Assembly: GCA_965202585.1 (NCBI GenBank)
Contig: CBDBBG010000166.1
Location: 1 to 64,000, forward strand
DNA length: 64,000 bases
Source of the DNA: Thalia democratica
Lineage: Eukaryota
Direction: 5' to 3'
Shown here: piece by piece, positions 63,920-64,000 of the stretch
Numbering within the stretch: the first letter of the stretch is position 1
Layout of the letters: the number at the start of each line of letters is the position of its first letter
Program-made: the position numbers and the translations under genes
The notes under the pieces: model-generated
Told to the model about the DNA's origin: nothing
Databases searched by the model: none
The model's input: only the letters and a program-made list of their open reading frames with translations

Positions 63920-64000
63920 GGGAACGGGTCACTTTTGCACGAGCGTCACTTTTGCACGAAGACACTTTTGCACGAGGAGACACTTTTGCACGAGCGTCAC
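63920..64000. repeat. Array of CACTTTTGCACGA cores (16-18 bp period), probably the subterminal array of a MITE continuing past the window
   Basis: Cores at 63930, 63947, 63963 and 63981, after a GGGAACGGGT start. Confidence 0.7.

Noticed and set aside
1-64000. Prokaryotic systems (CRISPR arrays, operons), tRNA/rRNA genes; CRISPR-like look of the 46-bp and CACTTTTGCACGA arrays
   Set aside because: The DNA is a spliced eukaryotic locus, the repeats are head-to-tail without unique spacers, and no tRNA or rRNA structure was recognised.

Overview
Eukaryotic, intron-rich genomic DNA: AT-rich introns, mostly GC3-rich exons, canonical GT-AG splicing. (1) Positions 1-43.3 kb hold the 5' part of a vertebrate-type titin/connectin gene on the minus strand. 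I hand-spliced it from ATG 42025 through Z1-Z2, a unique Z-disc insert, further Z-disc Ig domains, I1 and the proximal tandem-Ig segment. It continues through a 5.7-kb giant exon at the novex/N2B position and more Ig exons, then runs off the left edge. Vertebrate-type titin with this genome style suggests an invertebrate chordate, probably a tunicate (inference). (2) An AT-rich intergenic stretch (43.4-50.2 kb) contains a decayed Buster/Charlie-type hAT transposon with a nested MITE. (3) Positions 50.2-63.5 kb hold a second minus-strand, multi-exon gene with its 5' end outside the window. It encodes a SUMO-motif array, two RFX-like winged-helix domains and a C-terminal Cys cluster; I cannot assign it a gene name. 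About 20 single-base homopolymer frameshifts interrupt otherwise intact exons, most likely consensus errors, which is why the ORF track is fragmented. The most interesting candidates are an in-frame 312-codon alternative first exon inside a titin Ig-splitting intron, the novex-like giant exon with possible internal start and early stop, the two-WH protein, and an intronic 40-bp hairpin. Comparisons with human titin are recalled from memory and need a real alignment.
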